The translations under genes were made by a program, and so were the position numbers. The notes under the pieces are model-generated. The model saw nothing but the letters and a program-made list of their open reading frames with translations, made no database searches and was not told where the DNA came from. A stretch of DNA of 52,558 nucleotides, filler included, from Squatina squatina (lineage: Eukaryota), in the NCBI GenBank assembly GCA_031763465.1. It is 3 parts of 2 records of this genome, joined end to end, with 100 filler letters (N's around TTAATTAATTAA, not from the genome) between each part and the next. Parts side by side here need not be neighbours in the genome. Positions count along the whole stretch, not along the records: positions 1 to 26,805 come from JARFOE010000192.1; 2 more parts are not named here. One strand, given 5' to 3'. Positions 1 through 10,108 of this stretch are shown here, piece by piece (within the stretch, counting starts at the first letter, position 1; each line of letters opens with the position of its first letter).

Positions 1-714
1 AGCGGCCAATTTCACCCCCAGGAGTTCTGGAAGATTTGAAAATAAATAAAACTGCCTGTCTCCAAAGAGAAGTGTAATAGATTAATTGGATTAATTTGAA
101 ATTGCTGCTGAAGAGGGCAATAAAAAAATTGACATCACAGATGTCTTAATTATAGGATAATTTGGGTATAGTATCTGGAAACACAGGGCCAGAGTTATAA
201 ATCTTCCATTAAAAAAAATGACTGCAACATATTGCTCATGTGTGTGTGACAGTCGCTCTCCCTGTAAATTGCCTGGCTCGGTTAAACAATAAAAGACTGG
301 GTTTGTTTCACCATCTGCTGGTTATGTAGGTTTGGCTTATGCAGCAGCTGGTTCTATAGGATGAGGGAAATTATAGCTAATTAATCAGCAGACAATTTTT
401 ATAAGGCTGTGTGCAGAAGATTATTTGAGCTGTGTTGCAAACAGAACGCGGGAATTAATTGCCCAGTTAAATAACCCCTATGTAAACTGTGTTATTAAAT
501 GAGCTATCAGCTAGATAGTCCAACTGCATTCACAATATAGCCGGGAAGCAACAGTGCATTCAGTGGTTGCTAATTTTGGGATGGGACGAGGATGCAGGAC
601 CCTTCTTTTACAATATGGCTGAAGCCAAAATGTATGAAAAGATTGCTGTAAACTACTCTAGTTATAAAAGCCATAACAGTCGATGATACATCATAGGAAA
701 GTATATAACAAAGA

Positions 715-1063
715 GAAGACATTCAACCCATCCAGAGGAAACAACAAGTCTGTGTTCATGTTCCACATGCACCTCCTCCCATCCTTCTTTATCTAACCCC
801 ATCAGGAGATCCTTCTATTCCTCACTCCCTCATGTGTTTATCTAGCTTCCCCTTAAATGCACCTATGCTAGTCGCCTCAGCTATTCCTGTGGTAGCAGGT
901 CCCACAGTCTAACCACTCGCTGAGTAAAGAAGTTTCACCTGAATTCTCTACTGGATTTATTGGTGATTATCTTATATTCATGGTCTCTAGTTTTGGTCAC
1001 CCGCACAAGTGGAAACACCTTCTTTACATCTAACCTCTCAAACCCTTTCATAATCTTAAAGAC
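715..1063 (-). mobile_element. CR1-clade LINE 3' end fragment
   Basis: Reverse complement of the fragments at 40657-40950 and 48127-48355 (...tctagcttccccttaaatgca...ctaaccactc...gtaaagaagttt), typical of a CR1 ORF2 end plus 3'UTR. Confidence 0.8.
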
Positions 1064-1490
1064 NNNNNNNNNNNNNNNNNNNNNNNNNNNNNNNNNNNNN
1101 NNNNNNNNNNNNNNNNNNNNNNNNNNNNNNNNNNNNNNNNNNNNNNNNNNNNNNNNNNNNNNNATCCCAGCTTATGATGGTACTTCTATTAACTATTTCC
1201 AGGCCACAGAATCATACTCGTGCCTTATTCAAAGACATAGCAAGATATTTTGTGAAGAAAAAGAAAGGAATTAATTCTTGAATTCTTCAATTAATGTGAT
1301 TTTAACGCTGGGCAGCAACTCAATAATCTCCAAATCCAGAGAACTTGCAAGAAAATTGAGTTTCATCGTTAATTCCTTTCTTTCCACATCTTACTTGTAA
1401 CAAAACTGTCACATAAAACTGTTCTATAGCCACACCAGACTCCCAACAAATCGTCAATTTTCAAAAATCAAGATTACAGATATTGAAGAC

Positions 1491-1806
1491 GAAGAACTTA
1501 CATTTATCTCGCACCTTTTATGCCTCAAGGCGTCCCAAGCACTTTACAACAAATGAAGTACTTTTGAAGTGTAGGAAATGCGGCAGCCAATTTGTGCACA
1601 GCAAGATCCAACAAATAGCACTGAGATAAATGACCAGATTATCTGCTTTAGATGTTGGTTGAGGTATAAATATTGGCCAAGACACCAGGGAGAGCTCACC
1701 TGCTCTTCTTCGAAATAATAGCATGGGTTCTTTCACCTGAGGGGGCAGACGAGGTCTCGCTTTAATGTCATGTCTGAAAGACGGCACCTCCAACACTACA
1801 GCACTC
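1491..1806 (-). mobile_element. Deu-domain tRNA-SINE (SacSINE1/AmnSINE1-like), headless
   Basis: Shares gcagccaatttgtgcacagcaagatcc...tgaccagat...aaatattggcca...gctcttcttcgaa...gaaagacggcacctcc with several other copies in the window. Confidence 0.8.
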
Positions 1807-2992
1807 AATTAGCGAGGAAGAAAAGAGATACAACAGCTGGCACACATCTGGGAACACCGTACATTAAAAGTGTAGTGCCAACATGACTGCCTGTTGTCCC
1901 TCAGCTGCATCAGGGATGCCTCCTCGGATTTCCAGAATTGAAGAAACCGAAATAGTAATTTACAGAAAAGAAATTCAAAACACTTTTCTGAGAGGTTGCT
2001 TTTCTTGTATAAAAAAAGGGAGGTAATTTTTTGTATCCATTACAGCGACTGATGTTAATGAGAGTGCAACACTTTTCATTTCAAGTATTCACTCTCATTG
2101 GTCAAACACTTAGAAGGAATTCTCAGAAAATTTAAAAGGTCACTGCTACAATAGAGAACTTTCTGGTGAAAATCAGCTTCCAGCATAACCAAGAAATATT
2201 TTGCTGCCACAACACGGTTTGATGCAGAGCAAAGTCCCTTCTACTCTTCCCCCACCCCACCACCACAAGAACAATGCACCAAAAATCTTCAGACCCACTT
2301 CACACATGGAACCACCAATGCTCACAAGACAAGATTATTTTTCTGGTACGAAGCATGTAATACTAGTAGTTTTAGTTGTCGATGCTTCAGTGCTAGAACG
2401 GTGACAGGACATCTTCATTAGACGGTCTCGAGTTCTTTTATAATATCACCAAGACATTGTTGTTACAATATATGGCTGTTCGTTAACTCAACAGGCTATA
2501 TTAACAAAAGAGTATCTAATTTTAACCTAACAATACCAAAGTAAATGAGATAGCTGTAGTTATTCCTTCAAGGATCCATTAAGGCTTTGGTCAGCACCTT
2601 ATTTCGTCATACACAGAAGAGGAGGAAAGCAAATTTTGCAATGCTTCTCCCTCTTGCACACAAAAATTAATCTGCCTTCAAAAACCCAGTTCTCTCGTCA
2701 TCCCTGCAAAAAGCCCAGGTAAACATATAAACAAAACATACATATTGTTAGCTGCAATAAGCAAAGCTTTGGGCACTAAATAAAAGAAATAAATAGCTTT
2801 AATATATAAAAGGTATCGGCAACATCAAGTTTTCTATAATTATAAAATCTATTAGCATATCTGTACGTAATGCTCTTACTTACAAGCGGTTTCAAATTCA
2901 TCGAAAATTTTACAAACAAAACAGAACACTGAATTATTGCAAGTCCGGTGACTTCATATTGAGCGCAATCTGTGGAACCGTTCGCTCCTGAT

Positions 2993-3192
2993 CTCAATCA
3001 CTGTCACCCTCCCTCTCCCAATCGCTGTCTCCCTCGGTCTCCCAATATCTGCCTCCCTCCCTCTCCCAATCACTGTCACCCTTTGTCTCCCAATTACTGC
3101 CTCCCTCCCCCTCCAATTACAGTCTCCCTCCCTCTCCCAATCGCCGTCTCCCTCCCTCTCCCAATCGCCGTCTCCCTCCCACTCCCAATTGC
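2993..3192 (+). repeat. 24-bp minisatellite (CCAATCGCCGTCTCCCTCCCTCTC)n, about 8 visible copies running into a 307-N gap
   Basis: CCAAT recurs about every 24 nt, seen directly. Confidence 0.9.
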
Positions 3193-3870
3193 NNNNNNNN
3201 NNNNNNNNNNNNNNNNNNNNNNNNNNNNNNNNNNNNNNNNNNNNNNNNNNNNNNNNNNNNNNNNNNNNNNNNNNNNNNNNNNNNNNNNNNNNNNNNNNNN
3301 NNNNNNNNNNNNNNNNNNNNNNNNNNNNNNNNNNNNNNNNNNNNNNNNNNNNNNNNNNNNNNNNNNNNNNNNNNNNNNNNNNNNNNNNNNNNNNNNNNNN
3401 NNNNNNNNNNNNNNNNNNNNNNNNNNNNNNNNNNNNNNNNNNNNNNNNNNNNNNNNNNNNNNNNNNNNNNNNNNNNNNNNNNNNNNNNNNNNNNNNNNNA
3501 TGAGAGGTCATTACATATATACTTATACAGTATCATCCACAATGAAAGTGTCCAAAAATCCATGGGACAATCATGTCATTTTGAGAAAAAAAACCTCAAC
3601 AAGGTGGCAAATAACAGCAATGCCTGCATTCTACAGGCACCCCAGTGACCCAGGCTCAGTCACTGCAACTAGAGTAGAGTCAGCGAAGTGGCTGTTCAAT
3701 GCAGGGATCTCTGTACAGTAAACAAACGTACACTTCATCAAACCGTTTCATTCGTTAAATCTTCACTAAGGCACGCTTGTGATTAAGGCGGCCAGATACA
3801 AACTGAGTCTTTTATTTTTCGCCCTTAACAGTTTTTCCTCTGCATATCTCACTTCACTTATGCCGAGTCA

Positions 3871-4036
3871 CTACTGTTCCTTCTTGGGGTGTCGGCGATT
3901 GGGGCCTGCGTTGGAAGAGTTGGCATTCAAGGAGGTTGGATCAATTTGTGCTGTCCTTTCGACACTCTTCCGCTTCTTGATTGCCAGGACTGGCAGCACA
4001 AGGGCACACAGAATGTGAAAGTGAAAATACATTGAC
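3871..4036 (-). CDS. MBOAT1: MBOAT1 (lysophospholipid acyltransferase) last coding exon
   Basis: Minus strand reads ctctctctatctttgttttgaag|G TCA ATG TAT..., encoding SMYFHFHILCALVLPVLAIKKRKSVERTAQIDPTSLNANSSNAGPNRRHPKKEQ* (TAG at 3873-3871). It resembles the recalled human MBOAT1 C-terminus SMYFYLHIISLLIILFLPMK. An AATAAA lies on the minus strand at 3816-3811. Confidence 0.85.
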
Positions 4037-4483
4037 CTTCAAAACAAAGATAGAGAGAGAACTTAGTCACGGTGTGCCTTCCACAACACAAAGCTGTACG
4101 GCCCAAACCAATCACATCATCCAAGTTGCACACACTACAACAATCCTGCAGTTTTAGTGTTGTACCAGAGGATTCCACTTAAGGAGCATTCTATGACGAT
4201 TTAAATGTCATCGCTACAATAGAAATTTGCAAAGCAGTCAGGAAATACTTTGTTGCCATATCATCACACTTGTGATTAGGATCGTGCAAATGCACCATGT
4301 GGGAAAGCGGGTGGCATTTTAGATATATGTGAATGAGGCTGGAAGCCTCAGATTTAACCTACTTCGCAGGTTTAATTGTGGCCNNNNNNNNNNNNNNNNN
4401 NNNNNNNNNNNNNNNNNNNNNNNNNNNNNNNNNNNNNNNNNNNNNNNNNNNNNNNNNNNNNNNNNNNNNNNNNNNNNNNNNNN

Positions 4484-4650
4484 CTTTTGAGAGCGAGTTC
4501 TAGATTTCCACTACTCTTTGTGCGGCAAAATTGCTGCCCGATTTCAGTCCTAAATGGCCTAGCTCTAGTTAACGTTCTGCCCTTTGTCCTGGATTCCCCT
4601 ACCAGAGGAAAAGTTTCTCTGTATCGAGCCTCTCGCTTTAAACACCTTGA
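4484..4650 (-). mobile_element. CR1 LINE fragment
   Basis: ccagatttccactac...ctaaatggcctagctcta...gccctttgtcctggattcccc...agaggaaaagtttctct is a typical antisense CR1 ORF2 C-terminal region. Confidence 0.7.
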
Positions 4651-4848
4651 TTAGATTAGGAAGCCAGGGACAATCTAACACAAAAGGAGAGCAGTTAACT
4701 TCTGCAATGTACACAATAACAAAACTGAACAAATTATGTTGTATGTCACATGATTTAAGCAGAATTTTGATTATCACAGATCCTGTATTATTTGCATTGA
4801 ATCTTATGCAAGACTGTTAGGCTTACTCATGACAACAATTTTGCTTAC

Positions 4849-4913
4849 CTCTTTAGCCAAGCTGCAGTTTGAATGTTCCAACTGTCCAGACACAATTTTA
4901 AACTTGTAGCAGT
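4849..4913 (-). CDS. MBOAT1: MBOAT1 internal exon, 65 bp (WNIQT motif)
   Basis: tttttccattaccag|ACT...AAG AG|gtaagc encodes TATSLKLCLDSWNIQTAAWLK(R). Recalled human sequence is TATSFKMYLENWNIQTATWLK. Confidence 0.92.
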
Positions 4914-6363
4914 CTGGTAATGGAAAAATATTAAAAGCAATCATTAAAATAGAATGCAGGAGGTTTCTTTCAGTATGAGAGAAGAGAAAAGCAAGATTAC
5001 TCTACAAGATCTTCAGATAAAAGATATTTTCCACTTTCTTTATAATATGGCAAGTAGACATTTTAGCATATTTTTTATTTGGAAGTTTTGAGAGGTTTAT
5101 CCCATTTATCGCTAATAAACAGGCAGCAGAAAAGTATCAGGTTCAGTGTCCAATTAATTGTTGCAGATTAAATGGGAACTTAACCTATACATTTCATACA
5201 AACAGTTCTTCTAATTAGGTTGCTGAGAAGCTAGTCAGGGCAGGTACCATTATTTTTTTAAATGCACCTTCTGTTGAGATAAGAACATAGTGAGTAAACA
5301 AAAGTCTGCACCTTGCCATAAACTCCAGAAGGAAAAGAATAATCTAGAGTTGCCAAGTTAATGGGAAACATCCAATCTCTGTAGTTGTGAGCATCCAGTC
5401 ACAGTGCCCATTAATGGTTACATTTCTCTTTCTCTCCTCCTCCCCCTGGCTTTTTCAACAACAAGGATTTAACCAATTTCTGCACTTTTTAAGTCTGTAC
5501 TAAAATCTCAAACTAAACCTACTTTCCAAGATCCCCGACCGCTGCACTTCCCTTTTGTATTTGAAGTTCCAAGAGTCCTATTTTTTCTGAACAAAAAATT
5601 CACCTCCCTCTATTTCAGCACAAGTTATTTTCCATGCTGCAGTTTTCCATCTACCCAATCAAACATCCTAACCACAACTCTTTAGAGACTGCTTTGGGAG
5701 AATATAAAATGTGCGTTTTTAAATTTTCCTCCTCTCTGACAAAGATATAGTAACAGATTGCGGTGTGTACGAAAAATCTTGGGAACAGCTCGATGGCTGA
5801 GACAGCATCATAAGACTTGTGGGGTGATTATGCAATTAATGGAAATAGGCAGAAAATCAGACTATGACCTGCTATTCACGAGATACACGGCCTGCGAGCG
5901 CTATTGCCCACTGGCAGCATCATAACGCGGAATCACTCCTTCAATTTGACACAATAAAAACTGTAATAATAAGCTTTGGCATCTTTCTACCTTATATAGA
6001 GCAGCATTAGCATAATTGAGTCATATGCTGGCAATGGCCAATGGGCTATGAAAGCTTGCTTCCTCACAGGTCAATTAAGGATAAGTAGTCAGCCACAATA
6101 TAGAACTCTCAGCTGACATGCATTTCCCAACTTGAAAGACATTTAATGAGCAGAGAAATGCCTGAATAAAATCCTACAAACTCAACTAGAAACCATTTGG
6201 TTTCCATGACAATTCATTTAGAAGCATTGACCACTAAACTACCGCGCAGTTGTTTTGTTGAGANNNNNNNNNNNNNNNNNNNNNNNNNNNNNNNNNNNNN
6301 NNNNNNNNNNNNNNNNNNNNNNNNNNNNNNNNNNNNNNNNNNNNNNNNNNNNNNNNNNNNNNN

Positions 6364-6850
6364 GTGGATCTTGATAGTTGGAGGGCAGTGCCATGGGGGC
6401 AGACTGGTAAAGAACCTTTGTCTTTCGGATGTTTAGTGTAAGGCCCATTCTCTCATATGCCTCAGTGAATGAATCAACGATGGTTTGGAGCTCGGCCTCT
6501 GAGTGTGCACACACGCAAGTGTTGTCTGCATACTGCAGCTTGATGACAGAGGGTGGAGTCATCTTAGTTCTGGACTGGAGACGACGGAGGTTGAACAGTT
6601 TCCCACTTGCCCTGCGGATCAGCTCCACTCCAGCGGGGCGCTTCATAAAGATGGGGTGGAGTATTCTGGCGAGGAAGATAGAGAAGAGCGTTGGTGCGAA
6701 GACGCAGCCTCGCTTGACTCCAGTTTGCGCTTGTATTGGGTTTCGGCGGATCATTGGTGAGAATCACGGCTTGCATGTAAAAATAAGGTTCTATTGTCAG
6801 AGTATAACTGATAGTAACACTACCTTGGACTCCTGCGGGCAAACACGGTG
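6364..6850 (-). mobile_element. RTE-clade LINE reverse transcriptase fragment
   Basis: The ORF contains QTGVKRGCVFAPTLFSIFL, GKLFNLRRLQSRTK, LQYADN (decayed YADD) and GLTLNIRKTKVLYQ, motifs of RTE/BovB-type RT. Confidence 0.85.
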
Positions 6851-7118
6851 AGCTTCACCTGGTCAGTTTAGGGTGCCCCCTGAACACCTCAACTGGATCA
6901 GGCACTTGTAGCCTCATCGATAGCCACACTACCTAGACATAGCCTAGTTGCACTGAAGAAAAAGCTGTAGAGAAGATTTAGAACGCGAGAGAAACAGCCA
7001 AGTATAATAAGTGACATTAGACACGGTTAAGAATAAGGCACTGGTAACAGTTTTGTGTTTATCACAGATGAGAAACAGAAACCAACTTCAAGACCAGTGA
7101 ATCCACACATACACCTCT

Positions 7119-7235
7119 TAGAATCATACAGCACAAAAAGGTGGCCATTCAGCCCATCGTGCCTGTGCCAGCTCTTCGAAAGAGCTACCCAACTAGTCTC
7201 ACTCCCCTGGTCTTTCAGCATAGCCCTGCAAATTT
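7119..7235 (-). mobile_element. CR1 LINE 3'UTR end
   Basis: tagaatcatacagcaca...ggccattcagcccatcgtgcctgtgccagctct. Confidence 0.7.
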
Positions 7236-7853
7236 TAGCAGAATTTCTCACTTTCATAAACATGCTCTCAGTAAATTCATACACCATCTTGAACTGAAGA
7301 ATGTTGTTCCCAACACAATACTTTAAAGAGGTAGTCTCACAATTACAAAGTTTTGCCATCTTCTCTGGAAATGTCAACTGGCACGCAAAGTCATTTTCTT
7401 AATGGTCAAACTCTCACCATCACCGAAACCCGCCAACTAAAAAAAATTAAACTCAAGACTGTTTTTTGTGCTGTGCACCAGTTACAACAATCTGGCTTGA
7501 AAATCTGCAGGTACTGGTTCCTTGTTTTATCTGTTCAGAATCTGCACTGTACCCTGCCTTGCAGCACAACTGGGCATCAAGTTCTCCAACACTAATTAAG
7601 CAACAAAGGGAAAGTTTCCAAGTTTACTGACAGCACCAAAATAAAAAGAGCAAGAGAGAAAGGCTGCAGCTGCAAAACGACTTTCACTGGTTATGCCATT
7701 GTGCATAGTGAATGGCCAATTAAATTTAACAGTGAGAAATATAAAGTAGTACACATTGCTTGAAAAACTGCACCACGAATGTAAGTGAACAAATGCAGGG
7801 AAACTTTGAAAGTGACGAGTCGGCAATTGCTTCCGGGTTTTTCTTCCACGTCT

Positions 7854-8260
7854 AAAGAAAGACTTGCATTTGCACTTATATGGCACCTTTTACGACCACG
7901 GATGTCCCAAAGCAGTACACAGCCAATGAAATAATTTATGAAATTCAGTCACTGTTTTAATGTAGGAAACGCGGAATCCAATTTGTGTACAGCAAGACCC
8001 CACAAACAGCAATCTGATAATGACCAGATAATCTGTTTTTAGTGATGTTGATTAAGGGTAAATATTGGCCAGGACATTGGGGATAACTCTGCTTTCTCTA
8101 CTTAGAAAGAGTACCATAAGACATTTTATGTCCACCTGAGGGAACAGACGTAAAAGTTTAACATCTCACTCCCTCAGCACTGCACTGGAGTGTCAACCTA
8201 GATTTTTGTGGTCAAGTCTCTGCAGTGGGACCTGAACCCCAACCTGCTGATGCAGAGGCA
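7854..8260 (-). mobile_element. Deu-domain tRNA-SINE, near full length
   Basis: Has the aaagaaagacttgcattt tail, the Deu core and a B-box-like GGGTTCAGGTCCC on the minus strand near 8225-8240. Confidence 0.8.
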
Positions 8261-9514
8261 AGGCAACGAGGCAAAGCAATTGAAAAGGTGAACTGATCAT
8301 TGGGAACATGGTACAAGTTTACAGAGGTTATGGCAAGGCTTTACACTGTATTAGTCAGCTCTTACATGCTGTGGTCTGTTCTGGCCATCACGTCAGAGAC
8401 AGAAGTACAGACATAATTGATGCCAACAATATAGGAGTTGAGCTGCAAGGAATGCTAAGAGAAGCTACTGCAATCTCGGAGGAAGAAAGTTAAAGATGGT
8501 CCTCAATGTATATAAATATTAAATTGGTACTGAGAAGGTAAATTCAGAATATTACTTCAAAGTAAGGCAGGAAAATGGGGACATATTTTGATTGGTGACA
8601 AATAAATTTAAAACACGTTATCAGGCCCAAAGAGTTATAAATGTTTGGAATAATCTGTCAGGCAAGGCAGTACTGACATAGTATTAAGGGAGATTTCAGC
8701 ACCTGAACGCTGGGATGGGACAGTTAGGATACTGGAGGGATATTCTCAACAGGATCAGATGGTTTACTCCTTGTTCCTTACTTATTTAGTCTTATGGACG
8801 TGTTTTTTTGGGGGGGATAATTCACGCCTGGCCTATCTACTAAAGCTGGCAAACTGGCCAAGGTGGGCTGGAATAGACAAATATGCAAAAGCGACAGTTT
8901 TGAGTGTTTTGAAATTCAGAATAACCAGCAAGTTCTAATGTAAAATAGCATGAAATTGTTACATTGCAAAATACAATATTTAATATGAATTAGATGTTTT
9001 ACTAAATTCAAAGCAACCTTAATATCATATTATTAATCATAAAGAATTCTCTCAATAATTCCAAATTCATTTTCTTGATTAAGATGATCACATAGAAGTA
9101 GCCTAGTGTCAAAACCATCAGCACATGGACCATCCTGGTAGCTGCAGTTATTGATGTTAAATTGCTGTTTCAACCGCAGTTATAAAAATCAATATTCACA
9201 CATTCTGACTTCCCCAATGGTTTGAATCTTGTCAGTCTGCATCACATCCAGAAACTGGTGAGGGAAGGGGCCAAGTCTTGCATGCCTTCCCCATGAGTCA
9301 TCTAACTGTGTAAAAGATTCATGCAAACGACTCCAGGGGCTTTAGGTTAGAACAGATGTTGCTATGATTAACACAATAAATACCTCCACACAGTTATATG
9401 CTACAGGTTAGTTATAATAGGGGTTTTCGAGCATATGAAACATAAATTACGGTGGTTCCACTCTAAAAAAGTAAAAAAATACAAATCAGTGCCAATAGAT
9501 CATTGGGTCCTTAC

Positions 9515-9570
9515 CATCATGTATTTGAAAGGCAAGGCTGGTGATTTTCTGGGTGACTATCATCAATGGA
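9515..9570 (-). CDS. MBOAT1: MBOAT1 internal exon, 56 bp
   Basis: ttttcctttcctttctag|T CCA...GAT G|gtaagg encodes (G)PLMIVTQKITSLAFQIHD(G). Recalled human sequence is GPLMIVTQKITTLAFQVHDG. Confidence 0.95.
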
Positions 9571-9720
9571 CTAGAAAGGAAAGGAAAATAACTTCAGCTT
9601 TTTAAAAATTTAATATTAACNNNNNNNNNNNNNNNNNNNNNNNNNNNNNNNNNNNNNNNNNNNNNNNNNNNNNNNNNNNNNNNNNNNNNNNNNNNNNNNN
9701 NNNNNNNNNNNNNNNNNNNN

Positions 9721-9800
9721 GAACACCACTACCCACCTTCTGCCACTGTGAATAGCTACCCTTTACCCCTACTCTGCTTTCTGTCTTGAAGTCAGCTAGC
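9721..9800 (-). mobile_element. CR1 LINE RT fragment
   Basis: Minus-strand translation RVGVKGSYSQWQKVGSGV matches the CR1 RT region before PQG. Confidence 0.7.
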
Positions 9801-10012
9801 TTCAAAAGGAAAAACACAAGAAATATATCTACAAAAGAAAATAGGGTTATTAAAGTACCTTGAAATTGTCTCTAAAACAAAGATAAAAAGTTAAAAAAGT
9901 TAATTTTATCATGCTTACCCAGGTAAATAATTGCATTCCTCATGCCCCCTAATTATTCCCTTTAAATTCAAAAAGTAAATTGCAACTGAGAAATGTCTGA
10001 AAAAGAACTCAC

Positions 10013-10108
10013 CCAGAGAAATCTGTGGCCAACAGTCCATAGTTAAAGATGTATACTCTGCTAATTTGGCACAATGTGAGATAACTCATTGCTGCTACAA
10101 ATGAATAC
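10013..10108 (-). CDS. MBOAT1: MBOAT1 internal exon, 96 bp
   Basis: gttgcttgttcctag|G TAT...TCT GG|gtgagt encodes (R)YSFVAAMSYLTLCQISRVYIFNYGLLATDFS(G). It splices in frame to the 9570 exon. Recalled human sequence is RYSFFVAMGYLTICHISRIYIFHYGILTTDFSG. Confidence 0.95.

Noticed and set aside
2993-3192. CRISPR-like array
   Set aside because: The units are head-to-tail with no unique spacers, the context is vertebrate, and there are no cas genes.
2954-3721. Pro-rich or Gly/Arg-rich repetitive proteins
   Set aside because: They are translations of the 24-bp minisatellite plus a gap.
7252-7436. Minus-strand exon-like segment (ttttttag|...MAKLCNCETTSLKY...MK|gtgaga) as an MBOAT1 exon
   Set aside because: All frames from the acceptor hit stops, the peptide has no MBOAT similarity, and it lies in an internal intron.
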